From: Bacillota bacterium
GTDB taxonomy: Bacteria; Bacillota; Clostridia; Christensenellales; CAG-138
DNA: 64,000 nt
Direction of reading: 5' to 3'
NCBI GenBank assembly: GCA_023390655.1
Contig: JAEWCL010000020.1
Location: 3,275 to 67,274, forward strand
In this document: piece after piece, positions 19,393-28,987 of the stretch
How the letters are laid out: every line of letters starts with the position of its first letter
How positions within the stretch are numbered: the first letter of the stretch is position 1
Made by a program: the position numbers and the translations under genes
The notes under the pieces: model-generated
Told to the model about the DNA's origin: nothing
What the model saw: the letters and a program-made list of their open reading frames with translations, nothing else
The model's database searches: none

Positions 19393-21282
19393 TTATTCAA
19401 GTTCAAATGCGCCGGTATAGAGCTGGTAATACTTGCCCTTCTCCCCGATCAGGTGCGCATGGCTGCCCCGTTCGATGATTCTGCCGTGTTCGAGCACCAT
19501 AATGACATCGGAATTTTGTACCGTGGAAAGGCGGTGCGCAATCACAAACACCGTGCGTCCCGCCATCAGCGCATCCATGCCGCGCTGCACGATGGCCTCG
19601 GTGCGCGTATCGATGGAGGAGGTCGCCTCGTCGAGGATCATTACCGGCGGGTCGGCAACCGCCGCGCGCGCGATGGCAATGAGCTGCCGCTGCCCCTGCG
19701 AAAGGTTGCTGCCGTTGCCCAAAAGCATGGTCTGATACCCATTGGGCAGCCTTGTGATGAAATCGTGCGCGCCCGCAAGCTCTGCCGCCGCCTCGCATTC
19801 CGCGTCCGTGGCGTCAAGCTTGCCGTAGCGGATATTGTCCATGACGGTGCCGGTAAACAGGTTCGTATCCTGGAGCACCATGCCGATGGCGCGGCGCAGG
19901 TCCGATTTGTGGATCTTGTTGATGTTGATGCCGTCGTAGCGTATCTTGCCGTCGGCAATGTCATAAAAGCGATTCAACAGGTTGGTGATGGTGGTCTTTC
20001 CCGCGCCTGTCGCGCCGACAAACGCCACCTTTTGCCCCGGCTCCGCGAACAGGGTGATGTTATGGAGTACCGGCTTATCCGCCTCGTAGCCGAAATCCAC
20101 CTCTTTGAGGCGCACGTCGCCCGCAAGCTTTGTGTAGCGCACCATGCCGTCGTCAAGCGGCTGCTTCCAGGCCCAAACACCTGTGCGCTCCGCACATTCT
20201 GTGAGCATGCCGTTCTCTTCGCTGACGTTAACAAGGGTCACAAAGCCATTGTCCTCCTCAGGCGCTTCATCGAGCACGGTGAAGATGCGGTCCGCACCCG
20301 CAAGGCCCATGATCACCGCGGTCACCTGCTGCGATACCTGGTTGATGTTGCCGGAGAACTGGCGCGTGATGTTCAAAAACGGCACAACGACGCTGATGCT
20401 GAAAACAAGCCCCGAAAGACTCAGGTTGTGCGCCTTTGTCAGAAGGAAGATTCCGCCCGCCATCGCGACCGTGACGTAGATCAGGTTGCCGATGTTCATG
20501 AGGATGGGGGGGAGGATGTTGGCAAATTTGTTAGCTTGCTCCGAATCGCGGAACAGCTCATCGTTGATGGCGTCAAAGCCCTCTTTGGCTTCTTCTTCGT
20601 GGCAAAACACCTTTACGACCTTCTGCCCGTTCATCATTTCCTGGACAAAACCCTCGGTCTTCCCCAGGGAGCGCTGCTGGCGCATAAAATACTTTGCGGA
20701 ATTGCCGCCCAGCTTTCTTACCACAGTCAGCATGAACGCCATGCCGCTCAACACGACGATGGTCATCCAGACGCTGAAATAGAGCATGATGCTCAAAAGC
20801 GTGAGCACCGTGACGGCCGAGACCAGAAGCTGCGGCATGCTCTGGGAAATCAGCTGCCGGAGCGTATCGATATCATTGGTATAGTGGCTCATGATGTCGC
20901 CGTGCGGATGGGTATCAAAAAAGCGGATGGGAAGGCCCTCCATCTTGTGGAACAGCCTTTCTCGCATCTTTTTGAGCGAGCCCTGCGTGATGACCGCCAT
21001 CGCGCGGTTGTAGGTGAACGACGACGCAAGCGAAACCACATACAGCCCTGCGAGTATGGAAACGAGACGCAGAATTTGCGGGCCGACATGCGCCCAGTCG
21101 CCTCCCTGGTTCTGTTCCAGCACCGCAATGACGTTCTGCATGAAAATGGAGGGGATGGAAGAAACCGCCGCCGTGAACACGATGCACAGGAGCACCAGCG
21201 GAAGCGCTGCGGGATAAAATTCAAACAGCATTTTCAAAAGCCGTTTCAAGGTTCCTTTTTTAAACATGGCGCCCTGCTTCAT
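19393..21282 (-). CDS. ABC exporter, fused permease/ATPase (heterodimer subunit 2, multidrug-type)
   Basis: Six-TM domain followed by Walker A GATGAGKTT, signature LSQGQRQL and Walker B VMILDEATS. 4-nt overlap with the upstream subunit gene. Confidence 0.88.
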   Translation of the reverse strand: MKQGAMFKKGTLKRLLKMLFEFYPAALPLVLLCIVFTAAVSSIPSIFMQNVIAVLEQNQGGDWAHVGPQILRLVSILAGLYVVSLASSFTYNRAMAVITQGSLKKMRERLFHKMEGLPIRFFDTHPHGDIMSHYTNDIDTLRQLISQSMPQLLVSAVTVLTLLSIMLYFSVWMTIVVLSGMAFMLTVVRKLGGNSAKYFMRQQRSLGKTEGFVQEMMNGQKVVKVFCHEEEAKEGFDAINDELFRDSEQANKFANILPPILMNIGNLIYVTVAMAGGIFLLTKAHNLSLSGLVFSISVVVPFLNITRQFSGNINQVSQQVTAVIMGLAGADRIFTVLDEAPEEDNGFVTLVNVSEENGMLTECAERTGVWAWKQPLDDGMVRYTKLAGDVRLKEVDFGYEADKPVLHNITLFAEPGQKVAFVGATGAGKTTITNLLNRFYDIADGKIRYDGININKIHKSDLRRAIGMVLQDTNLFTGTVMDNIRYGKLDATDAECEAAAELAGAHDFITRLPNGYQTMLLGNGSNLSQGQRQLIAIARAAVADPPVMILDEATSSIDTRTEAIVQRGMDALMAGRTVFVIAHRLSTVQNSDVIMVLEHGRIIERGSHAHLIGEKGKYYQLYTGAFELE

Positions 21283-23018
21283 TGCCGCCCACCTGCCTTG
21301 TTCTGAGAGTCGTATACTTCGCGGTAGATTTCGCTTGTTTTTAATAGCTCATCGTGCGTGCCCACAGCCACGATGCTCCCCTTATCCATCAGCACGATGC
21401 GGTCCGCGTCCTGCACGGAGGCGACGCGCTGCGCAATGATGATCTTGGTGGTTTCGGGGATATACTCGCGGAATGCCTTTCTTATATTCGCATCGGTCTG
21501 CGTATCGACGGCGCTGGTGGAATCGTCCAGTATGAGGATTTTCGGCTTTTTCAAAAGCGCGCGCGCGATGCACAGGCGCTGCTTCTGCCCGCCCGAAACA
21601 TTGGTGCCTCCCTGTTCGATGCGCGTATCGTAGCCGTCAGGGAACCGGCGGATGAAGTCGTCCGCCTGTGAAAGCCGGCAGGCTTCCTGCAGCTGCTCGT
21701 CGGTCGCCTGCGGGTTGCCCCAGCGCAGGTTTTCCTTGATGGTGCCAGAAAACAGGAGGTTATTCTGCAGCACCATCGAGACCTCGTTGCGCAGCGTCTC
21801 AATATCATAGGCGCGCACATCGAGCCCGCCTACCTTCACCACGCCCTCCGTTGCGTCATACAGGCGCGGAATCAACTGGACGAGAGAGGTCTTTGAAGAG
21901 CCCGTGCCCCCCAAAATGCCGATGGTTTCCCCGGAGCGGATGGCTAGGTCGATATTCTGGAGCGCCATCAGCTCCGCCCGCTCGGAATAGCGGAAGCTCA
22001 CGCCCGAAAACTCGATGGAGCCGTCCTTCACCTCGCGGACGGGGTGTTCGGGGTTCGTCAGCGTGCTCTTCTCATGCAGCACCTCCACGATGCGGTGCCC
22101 GGATTCGTCCGCGATGGTGATCAGCACGAACACCATGGAGAGCATCATCAGGCTCATCAGCGTTTGGAAGCTGTATACCATCAAAGAGGAAAGCTGGCCC
22201 ACGTTGAAGTTGAGCCCCTGCGTGGTGATGATGGTGTATGCGCCGAAGGTTAAAATGAACACCATGTTCACATACAGGCAAAACTGCATGATGGGGCTGT
22301 TGAACGCGAGGATTTTTTCGGCCCTTGTGAATTCCACGCGTACTTCTTCAGCGGCTTTTTCAAACTTCTGCTTTTCATAATCCTCACGCACGAAGGACTT
22401 CACCACGCGGATGCCCTGGATATTCTCCTGGATGGAGCTGTTGAGCGCATCGTATTTGCGGAACACCCTTCTAAAAATGGGGAATGCCTTGCGGATGATG
22501 AGGTAGAGCCCCACCGCGAGAACCGGTATCACCACCACGAAGATGAGCGCCAGCCTGCCGCCCATGATGAATGCCATGACGACGGCGAAAATAAGCATCA
22601 GCGGGCTTCTGATGGCCGTGCGGATGATCATCATGTACGCGTTCTGGACGTTGCTCACATCCGTCGTCAGCCTGGTGACGAGCGACGACGAGGAGAACCT
22701 GTCGATGTTCTCAAAGGAAAAGGACTGGATGCTGTAAAACATGTCCTTTCTCAGGTTGCGCGCAAAGCCGCTTGACGCAGTCGCGCACGCCGTGCCCGCA
22801 AGCCTGCCGAACACAAGTGAGACACTTGCCATCAGGAGAAGCAGCAGCCCGTATCGCAAAATGACGCCGATGCTGCAGCCCGCCTTGATCTGGTTGACGA
22901 GCTGGGCTGTGACGAATGGAATGATGCACTCGATCACAACCTCCATCGATACAAAAGCCGGCGCCAGAAGGGACGGCTTTTTATATTCCCGTATGCTTTT
23001 GATAAGTTCCTTCCACAT
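21279..23018 (-). CDS. ABC exporter, fused permease/ATPase (heterodimer subunit 1)
   Basis: TM domain followed by Walker A GGTGSSKTS, signature VSGGQKQRL and Walker B ILILDDSTSAVD. RBS AAAGAGGAG. Confidence 0.88.
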   Translation of the reverse strand: MWKELIKSIREYKKPSLLAPAFVSMEVVIECIIPFVTAQLVNQIKAGCSIGVILRYGLLLLLMASVSLVFGRLAGTACATASSGFARNLRKDMFYSIQSFSFENIDRFSSSSLVTRLTTDVSNVQNAYMMIIRTAIRSPLMLIFAVVMAFIMGGRLALIFVVVIPVLAVGLYLIIRKAFPIFRRVFRKYDALNSSIQENIQGIRVVKSFVREDYEKQKFEKAAEEVRVEFTRAEKILAFNSPIMQFCLYVNMVFILTFGAYTIITTQGLNFNVGQLSSLMVYSFQTLMSLMMLSMVFVLITIADESGHRIVEVLHEKSTLTNPEHPVREVKDGSIEFSGVSFRYSERAELMALQNIDLAIRSGETIGILGGTGSSKTSLVQLIPRLYDATEGVVKVGGLDVRAYDIETLRNEVSMVLQNNLLFSGTIKENLRWGNPQATDEQLQEACRLSQADDFIRRFPDGYDTRIEQGGTNVSGGQKQRLCIARALLKKPKILILDDSTSAVDTQTDANIRKAFREYIPETTKIIIAQRVASVQDADRIVLMDKGSIVAVGTHDELLKTSEIYREVYDSQNKAGGRQ

Positions 23019-23105
23019 TCCGTTAACGCTACTCCTCTTTCACGGCGGGGGCGATCCCGCCAAACTGAATCATTTTTTGCATCCGCAAGGCGTTGCTTTG
23101 CTGTT

Positions 23106-23576
23106 TTATCTTGGCGTTTCCCAACGCGCGTCGTCAGCAGCGCCTGTCTCAAAGAACGGATCGGCTTTGAGAAAATCCAGATGCGTAACAAGCCTTTCCA
23201 AGATTCCGCCAAGCTGCATCTTTTCCTGTTCACCCAAGCATTCAAACATCCGCTCGAGCGTGCGGAAGTAATGTGCCCTTACCTGGAGCGCCATAGCCTT
23301 TCCTTCGGGTGTGAGCGAAAGCTTCACCTGCCGCTTATCAGCTCTGCTCTTTTTGCGCTCCACCAGGGAGGCTTCCTCCATTTTCTGGAGGATTTCGCTC
23401 AAAGCGCCGGAGCTGATTTCAAGCACGTCCTGAAGCTCCTTTTGGGTAAGGCCTTCCTGCTTCAAAAGCGTCACAAGAATACGCCGCTGTCCCGCTTTTC
23501 CACCTGTTTGATAATAAAGAAAATGTCCACACGCCCTTAAGCGCGCCGCCAGCGCATGTTCCTGCTGCAGTTCCAA
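23106..23576 (-). CDS. MarR-family transcriptional regulator (first gene of the exporter operon)
   Basis: Winged HTH: LTQKELQDVLEISSGALSEILQKMEEASLVERKKSRADKRQVKLSLT. Start set to in-frame TTG 23576, 9 nt after AAGGAG, because the ORF-track ATG 23696 lies upstream of the predicted promoter. The start remains uncertain. Confidence 0.75.
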   Translation of the reverse strand: MELQQEHALAARLRACGHFLYYQTGGKAGQRRILVTLLKQEGLTQKELQDVLEISSGALSEILQKMEEASLVERKKSRADKRQVKLSLTPEGKAMALQVRAHYFRTLERMFECLGEQEKMQLGGILERLVTHLDFLKADPFFETGAADDARWETPR

Positions 23577-23644
23577 TATCGTCCACTCCTTTTGCGTCAC
23601 ACCTCTTTGTTTGCTTTGCACCAAGAAGTTAGGTACCAAGCGAT

Positions 23645-23673
23645 ATTTTACATCCAAAGCATTTGTTTCGCAA
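23645..23673 (-). promoter_or_regulatory. Sigma-A-type promoter of the marR-ABC exporter operon
   Basis: Minus strand: TTGCGA (23673-23668), 17-bp spacer, TAAAAT (23650-23645). Confidence 0.55.
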
Positions 23674-24012
23674 CGGGTTTTTTGCGCACGGTACACGCTT
23701 GAAAGGTAAACATGGACAATAACTGAAAGGCGAGGGTTGCCGGTCAGGATGACTTTTATCCACGATGCGAAACTCCACTACGGGACAGGTACTTGGGCAG
23801 GATGTGTGGCTTGAAATGAGCCAAACGAGGCGGTTTTTTCGAATGCCAAAATGCAGAGCGGTCATCGAAAGCGCGAAAATGAACCCACGGGGGAGGCGCC
23901 GCGGGTTGCTGATATAAATATTGGTTGGCGGAGATGCCCGTCTTGATTGCCATTCAGCGCACCGTTAGGCCGGCAGCCATCGCGATGGTCGCTCGTTCAA
24001 AAGGCAGAGACG

Positions 24013-25215
24013 TTATTGTCCAACGTCTTGCGTAGGGGGATGCTTGCGTCTGGCCCTACGGCGTTTCTTTTCGGAGAAGCGGGCAGCAAGCAGAACGGCG
24101 ACGGCGATCAACAGCACCGCAGCGCCGATGCATAACAAGTAAAATGCCGTTCGGCTAAGGGTGATTTCGTTCACCTGCTCCGGTATGGGGGTGGCCCCAG
24201 CCCGCTCCGGCACTGGGGTGATTGGTGCCTCGGGAGGCAGCGAAGGCTGCAGGGGGCGCGCTGGCATCACGGCGTAGCGCTGCAGGGATTCATCCCCGGC
24301 GTTGTATACATAGTAGCCGACTTCGCCGCCGGGATTGCGCGCATACAGCAGGTAAATTTCGCCCTGCGCGTCCTGGGATTTCCACGCCGCGTACTCTTTT
24401 TCGCCGATCGTCAGCGTCGCTTCCGAGAACCCTTCCGGCAGCGCCACACTGCCGTCCGGCACAAGCAGGATGTAGGATTTAGAAACGGAGGATATTGTCT
24501 GGTAAGGATACAAGGTATCCGCCGCCGCATCAAAGATATAGTAGCCGCCTGCATTGCCTACAGCATTTGAGAGATAAAGCAAGGTCGGCGCGTCGCTGTC
24601 CTCCACTTTGGCCATGGCCACCGTTTCCCCATGGTAGGTAAGCGTGGTTACGGAATAACCTGAGGGTACCGTCACGTTCTCAAGAGAGCGCCAGATATAC
24701 ATGCTTTCGGAAGCATTCTTCACGTTCTGCGCCAGGACGCCCTTGGCGGCATAGTTCAGCGGCGTGGGCGTGGGCGTAGGTGCGGGTGCAGATACCGAAA
24801 CGGACACGCTGGCTTTTGCGCCTTCTTGCTCTTTGCCGTCATAGCCGAGCACTTTCTCAATGGACGCTTCTATTTGTGTGCTGCCTGTGCCCGCTGCCGT
24901 GAAGCGTATGCGCGCGGTCAGGGTATCGGCGCCGCCCTTTTGGGCGGATACCATGTTCAAAAAACCGTCGGACGCGCCGCCCTCGCTTTCTGCGTAGGTC
25001 AGCACGGCAGAATCATAAGTGAAAAATCCTTCCGCGATCGCCATGCCCTTGCCGCTTACCGAGACGGTGACTTCCACGGTATCACCGGCTTGTACACTGG
25101 CAGCAGTTGCATTCGTGCTGATAGTTACCGATGCGGACGCCACAACCGGCAGCAGCAACAGCAGCAACGCGAGCACCAGTACAAAAATTCTTTTATCCCT
25201 GATGAAAGCTTCCAT
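24013..25215 (-). CDS. Membrane-anchored protein with an N-terminal cohesin-like domain, a central domain of unknown function, a C-terminal TM helix and a basic tail
   Basis: Signal peptide present. Cohesin-like segment: VQAGDTVEVTVSVSGKGMAIAEGFFTYDSAVLTYAE...IRFTAAGTGSTQIEA. PTPTPTP linker. TM helix AFYLLCIGAAVLLIAVAVLLAA followed by KKRRRARRK. Confidence 0.65.
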   Translation of the reverse strand: MEAFIRDKRIFVLVLALLLLLLPVVASASVTISTNATAASVQAGDTVEVTVSVSGKGMAIAEGFFTYDSAVLTYAESEGGASDGFLNMVSAQKGGADTLTARIRFTAAGTGSTQIEASIEKVLGYDGKEQEGAKASVSVSVSAPAPTPTPTPLNYAAKGVLAQNVKNASESMYIWRSLENVTVPSGYSVTTLTYHGETVAMAKVEDSDAPTLLYLSNAVGNAGGYYIFDAAADTLYPYQTISSVSKSYILLVPDGSVALPEGFSEATLTIGEKEYAAWKSQDAQGEIYLLYARNPGGEVGYYVYNAGDESLQRYAVMPARPLQPSLPPEAPITPVPERAGATPIPEQVNEITLSRTAFYLLCIGAAVLLIAVAVLLAARFSEKKRRRARRKHPPTQDVGQ

Positions 25216-25220
25216 CTTGT

Positions 25221-26981
25221 TTAGACCCCCTGCGACAGCTTTGCGTCGCCATTGATAAATTGAATGAGCAGGAAGAGATCCGAAACGCTCACCTTGCCGT
25301 CATGGTCAACATCCGCCGCGCGCAGACGCGCGCCGGTGAGCGGCGTTTCGTGCAGCAGATGGCTTTGCAGCGCAAAGACATCGCTTTCGCCTATTTCGCC
25401 GTTGCCGTCAAGGTCGCCGAACAATACGATGGGCAGGTCAAAAAACGCCGTGCCTCCGTCATAGGTAACGCGTACAAAGAAACCCGTACACACGTTTCCG
25501 GTTGCCTTAGCGCCTTTTAGGTTGACCACGCTGAGCTTCCCATCCGAGGAGAGATCTTGAAGCAAAGCGTCCGCCGATGTTCCAACAGGGATTCCGCTGA
25601 TGCCCGATTGTGTTATCTTGTAGGAATTGCTGCTGATTCTTGGCGCGCTCTCATACGTGCCGACGGTGATGAGCGTTGTATCCCGATAATAAAATGAAAG
25701 AATATCGGTATATGGCTGGCCTGCCCGCGCCCGCTCCTGCGCTCCGCGCTGTGAAAGGCCCACGCCGTGGCCATAGCGCCGCTCGGTCAAATACCAGCCG
25801 GCGTATTCCGTACCATAGGCGCGATAGGCCCCCCGCTCCGCGCCGCGCATCCTCAGAGAAGTCTTCTTTGCCCCGATACGGCCCAAGGTGTTTGTAAAGC
25901 TGCCGAATTTGAGTTCCCCAAGCGTGAGCGTTACGGTAAGCTGCCCGGTTTGCTGCTGTCCGGCTTCTTCATAGCCTACCATAAGCGTCACATCCGCCTC
26001 GGCATAGCAGCGGTTCGGCGCACTGTAAACAGGGGCTTTGGGCATGACCTCCACTGTGGAGAGCAGGGATACCTCCCGCCCCGCCGCATCATATGCCGCG
26101 CGTTCGAGCGCAAGCAGCACAAAAGGATCCATGAGCTTTACTGTGTTTTCGGTAAAGGTTTCGGGAATGAAGGATTTTTCCTCGAGGCTTGAGGCGTTGA
26201 GCAGGTCGAACGGATCGTCTGCATGGGCATAATAGGGCAGGTCGTTCTCCCATACGTTGCCCGTTTTTTCCGTCTGCCCGCCGTTTGAGGCGGAATAATA
26301 CGCCTCAATGATCTCCCCATTATAGGTGAGCACCTCGCCGCGCGTTGCGTCTACCGCGGCAATCGCCCGGGTATTTCTGCTGGCATAGCCCCGGTATACC
26401 TGATCCTGCGAGGTGTCCAGCAAATCATACGCGCGGCTTGCGTACCGGGAACACCTTGCCACGGCATACCCGCGCGCACAGACCGCCTGTGCCTTCAATG
26501 CGTCAATGGGAAAGAGGTTGCTCATTTCATGGGGAACGACGCCGTATAGATATTGCTCGATCGGAAGTGTGTTGATGGCGCGCACCGCACCCTCATATAC
26601 GTCGAATGTCATGTTGCCAAGGTAGGTGCAGGTACCGTACTCGGCATTTTTCAGGCGGATATAGTCCGTCCGCTCGCCATAGCTGCCGCTTAAAAGCGTA
26701 ATAGAGGCGGCGGTGATGGTTTTAGCGCCAATCCGCAGGGAAATTCGGCCGCCCGCGGCCGAGATCTGCAGCTCGTCATTGCCAACGGCAAGGCCGGGCT
26801 CTTCTTTTAAAGTAAATGTACCTACGGGCGTAAAGGAAACGGTCTGCTGTTTTCCAAGCGAGATGCGTACGCGCACATCCGTAGAAAACACCGCCGCCCG
26901 CGCGGGCGCTGCTGCGCACACAAGCAGCAGCGCAAGGCATAGAACCACGAGGTACCTGTTTTTATACATGTTTCGCCTCAT
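25221..26981 (-). CDS. Secreted SpoIID/LytB-domain protein with a C-terminal type-I dockerin
   Basis: SpoIID motifs: GVVPHEMSNLFPIDALKAQAVCARGYAV, YYSASNGGQTE and GHGVGLSQRGAQ. Dockerin duplicated EF-hand-like segments: GDLDGNGEIGESDVFALQSHL and ADVDHDGKVSVSDLFLLIQFI. Confidence 0.85.
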   Translation of the reverse strand: MRRNMYKNRYLVVLCLALLLVCAAAPARAAVFSTDVRVRISLGKQQTVSFTPVGTFTLKEEPGLAVGNDELQISAAGGRISLRIGAKTITAASITLLSGSYGERTDYIRLKNAEYGTCTYLGNMTFDVYEGAVRAINTLPIEQYLYGVVPHEMSNLFPIDALKAQAVCARGYAVARCSRYASRAYDLLDTSQDQVYRGYASRNTRAIAAVDATRGEVLTYNGEIIEAYYSASNGGQTEKTGNVWENDLPYYAHADDPFDLLNASSLEEKSFIPETFTENTVKLMDPFVLLALERAAYDAAGREVSLLSTVEVMPKAPVYSAPNRCYAEADVTLMVGYEEAGQQQTGQLTVTLTLGELKFGSFTNTLGRIGAKKTSLRMRGAERGAYRAYGTEYAGWYLTERRYGHGVGLSQRGAQERARAGQPYTDILSFYYRDTTLITVGTYESAPRISSNSYKITQSGISGIPVGTSADALLQDLSSDGKLSVVNLKGAKATGNVCTGFFVRVTYDGGTAFFDLPIVLFGDLDGNGEIGESDVFALQSHLLHETPLTGARLRAADVDHDGKVSVSDLFLLIQFINGDAKLSQGV

Positions 26982-27293
26982 TCAAAAATCGAGTCATTTC
27001 AACATAAATATATATATTTATGATAGCCCTTGCAAAAGAAGCGGTCAATTGGCAGCGCCTGCAAAACGGGCTTCAGAGCGCCGTGATTGTGTTAATATTC
27101 AGTGAATTTCATATGAACAGGCGGTTTTGTGCGTTATTCTTAGCTGGAGATGGGAAAAAGGCCATCCTGCATCGGCAACAGAGGAAAAATAAAGCCGGGT
27201 TACCGGCCCGTGTCACGTTTAAAATGAAATAAATGGTAAAATGCATTAATACGGTAAAAGAAGTCTCGTATCATCTCTCCGCTTGCATCAATT

Positions 27294-27497
27294 ATGATCA
27301 TTGTCTGCGTCTTTGTGGCGCCTATGAAGAACACATTCGGTTATGTAAAATTGGTGGTCGGGTATGTAAGTGTCGTTGTGGGCCAATTGCTATTTTTGGG
27401 CGGCCTCAATATCAGCATCCTGCCAATCGGAAAATTGGTGGGCGGTTCACTGATTAAGCTGAACCTGAATATCAAGGTTGTTTTCGCCGCACTTTAA
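27294..27497 (+). pseudogene. Possible N-terminal fragment of a DUF1538-type membrane protein
   Basis: VVGYVSVVVGQLLFLGGLNISILPIGKLVGGSL resembles the first conserved DUF1538 segment. The ORF stops after 67 aa. It lies in an AT-richer region. Confidence 0.3.
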
Positions 27498-27546
27498 AGC
27501 CGGCCCTAACGCCGCATTTCCGGTTCTTAACGGAGAAGGCGGGATA

Positions 27547-28020
27547 TTACCCGTCAAACTCCATCCTGAAGTATTCAATAATTCCCAATGCAGTGACTTT
27601 CTTGTGTTGAAATTTCAACCGATACCCTGATGAATTATAACAGGAAAATGCCCGTTTATTAAATGTTCTTACTTCTACATAAAGCTTGTGTTCGGGGAAT
27701 TTTTGATGGGCGTAATCAGTTATGATTTTTACAAATTCCTTTCCAAATCCTTGTCCACAAAGTTCCGGGTGCATACCCAAGCCAATTTCAATATCATTGT
27801 TATCGTCTTTTGTCATACGAAAAAAGCCAATCAATCTGTTGTTCTCATCAATTACGCCTCTGAATTGAATATTTCTTTTGGCTTCATCTGCAATAGACCA
27901 GTTTTGCTTCACAGCTTCGTCCCACGGCACATTGTATACGGAATATTCCCCATCATATCTCCATTCGTTACAGATTTCTTTTGCAAAATTCTCATGTAAT
28001 TCAACCATTTTAACGTTCAT
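27547..28020 (-). CDS. GNAT-family N-acetyltransferase
   Basis: Acetyl-CoA-binding motif: IEIGLGMHPELCGQGFGKEFVKII. Start moved to ATG 28020, behind GGGAGGAA. Confidence 0.8.
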   Translation of the reverse strand: MNVKMVELHENFAKEICNEWRYDGEYSVYNVPWDEAVKQNWSIADEAKRNIQFRGVIDENNRLIGFFRMTKDDNNDIEIGLGMHPELCGQGFGKEFVKIITDYAHQKFPEHKLYVEVRTFNKRAFSCYNSSGYRLKFQHKKVTALGIIEYFRMEFDG

Positions 28021-28168
28021 TTCATTCCTCCCGGAAATATTGCGTAGCAAGTTTTGTCTATTGTACCGGTGGCTTAGTCATACCCCTGGACAGCGCAATT
28101 TTGTTCAACACCATGCACACCCGCTGCCGGTCGGCTGTTTGCTTCAAGTGCTAGACATTCCCGGGTAA

Positions 28169-28531
28169 CTTCATCAGTTTAATGATAGCACGATTCCGGC
28201 ATATGTCATCGGGTTCATCGCGGGATTCTCCCTTTCCGGCGCGCAGGCCGTCAGCCGCACAATGGTGAGCCAGCTTGCCCCCGAAAACAAAGCCGCCGAG
28301 TTTTATGGGTTTCTTTCCGTCGCAGGAAGGACCTCCACCTTTGTGGGGCCGCTGGTTTTCAGTACCATCTCCTGCCGTATACACAACTGGTATACAAACC
28401 ATGGCGTTGAGACTACGCTCGCCGAGCAGTACGGGCTTCTATGGGCGATTGGCTCCATTGTTGCGTTTCTCGTCCTTGGAATGCTTCTTCTGCTCTTGGT
28501 AAAACGTATTTCCCTAAAAGACCTCCATTAG
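28169..28531 (+). pseudogene. 3' fragment of an MFS transporter gene (UMF1/Atg22-like)
   Basis: The reading frame is open from the stop at 28166. It encodes ...GFIAGFSLSGAQAVSRTMVSQLAPENKAAEFYGFLSVAGRTSTFVGPLVF plus the last TM helices. No N-terminal half is present. Confidence 0.6.
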
Positions 28532-28619
28532 ACGCATAATCGTAATCGCCTTATAGAAACGGCCAGATAAGATTGAACAGAACGAGCCGCGGCAAAGAGC
28601 CAAGGCTCGTTCTGTTTAG

Positions 28620-28922
28620 TTGTCGTTTATAATCTCCTTTCATCAGCACAGCAAAAGACCAACGCGTCTTTATGTGCTCCGATATGAATTAGAGTTGGAA
28701 GACTGCGGTAAACCAATAAGCGAATCTCGTCGAGGAGAGCAAGGCGACGAGTATTACGTCAAACTTAACGGTGTAGAATACGAACTTGAGCACCACATTG
28801 GTAAAGGGCGCGGTGGAATGAGCCCCTTATATACGTTGCACGTTTATACAGTGTGGGACTCCGAGAATAGTCGAGTTGTTAGTGCACGTCCAGGTCATTT
28901 AGACCTAAAAGCAAGCAACTAA
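28620..28922 (+). CDS. Hypothetical protein (100 aa), no recognisable family
   Basis: ORF only. TTG start, no clear RBS. A 10-bp-stem hairpin (ATATGCCCCG / CGGGGCATAT) lies downstream at 28935-28972. Confidence 0.25.
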   Translation: MSFIISFHQHSKRPTRLYVLRYELELEDCGKPISESRRGEQGDEYYVKLNGVEYELEHHIGKGRGGMSPLYTLHVYTVWDSENSRVVSARPGHLDLKASN

Positions 28923-28987
28923 CATTGTTCAAGCCATATGCCCCGTTATCCCTTGTGGATTTCGGGGCATATAACCAACCACTTCGC

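Noticed and set aside
19339-21306. 655-aa ORF on the + strand
   Set aside because: It lies entirely antisense to the well-supported ABC exporter gene 19393-21282. Its composition is Arg/His/Gly/Ala-rich, typical of shadow ORFs in high-GC DNA. It has no recognisable motifs.
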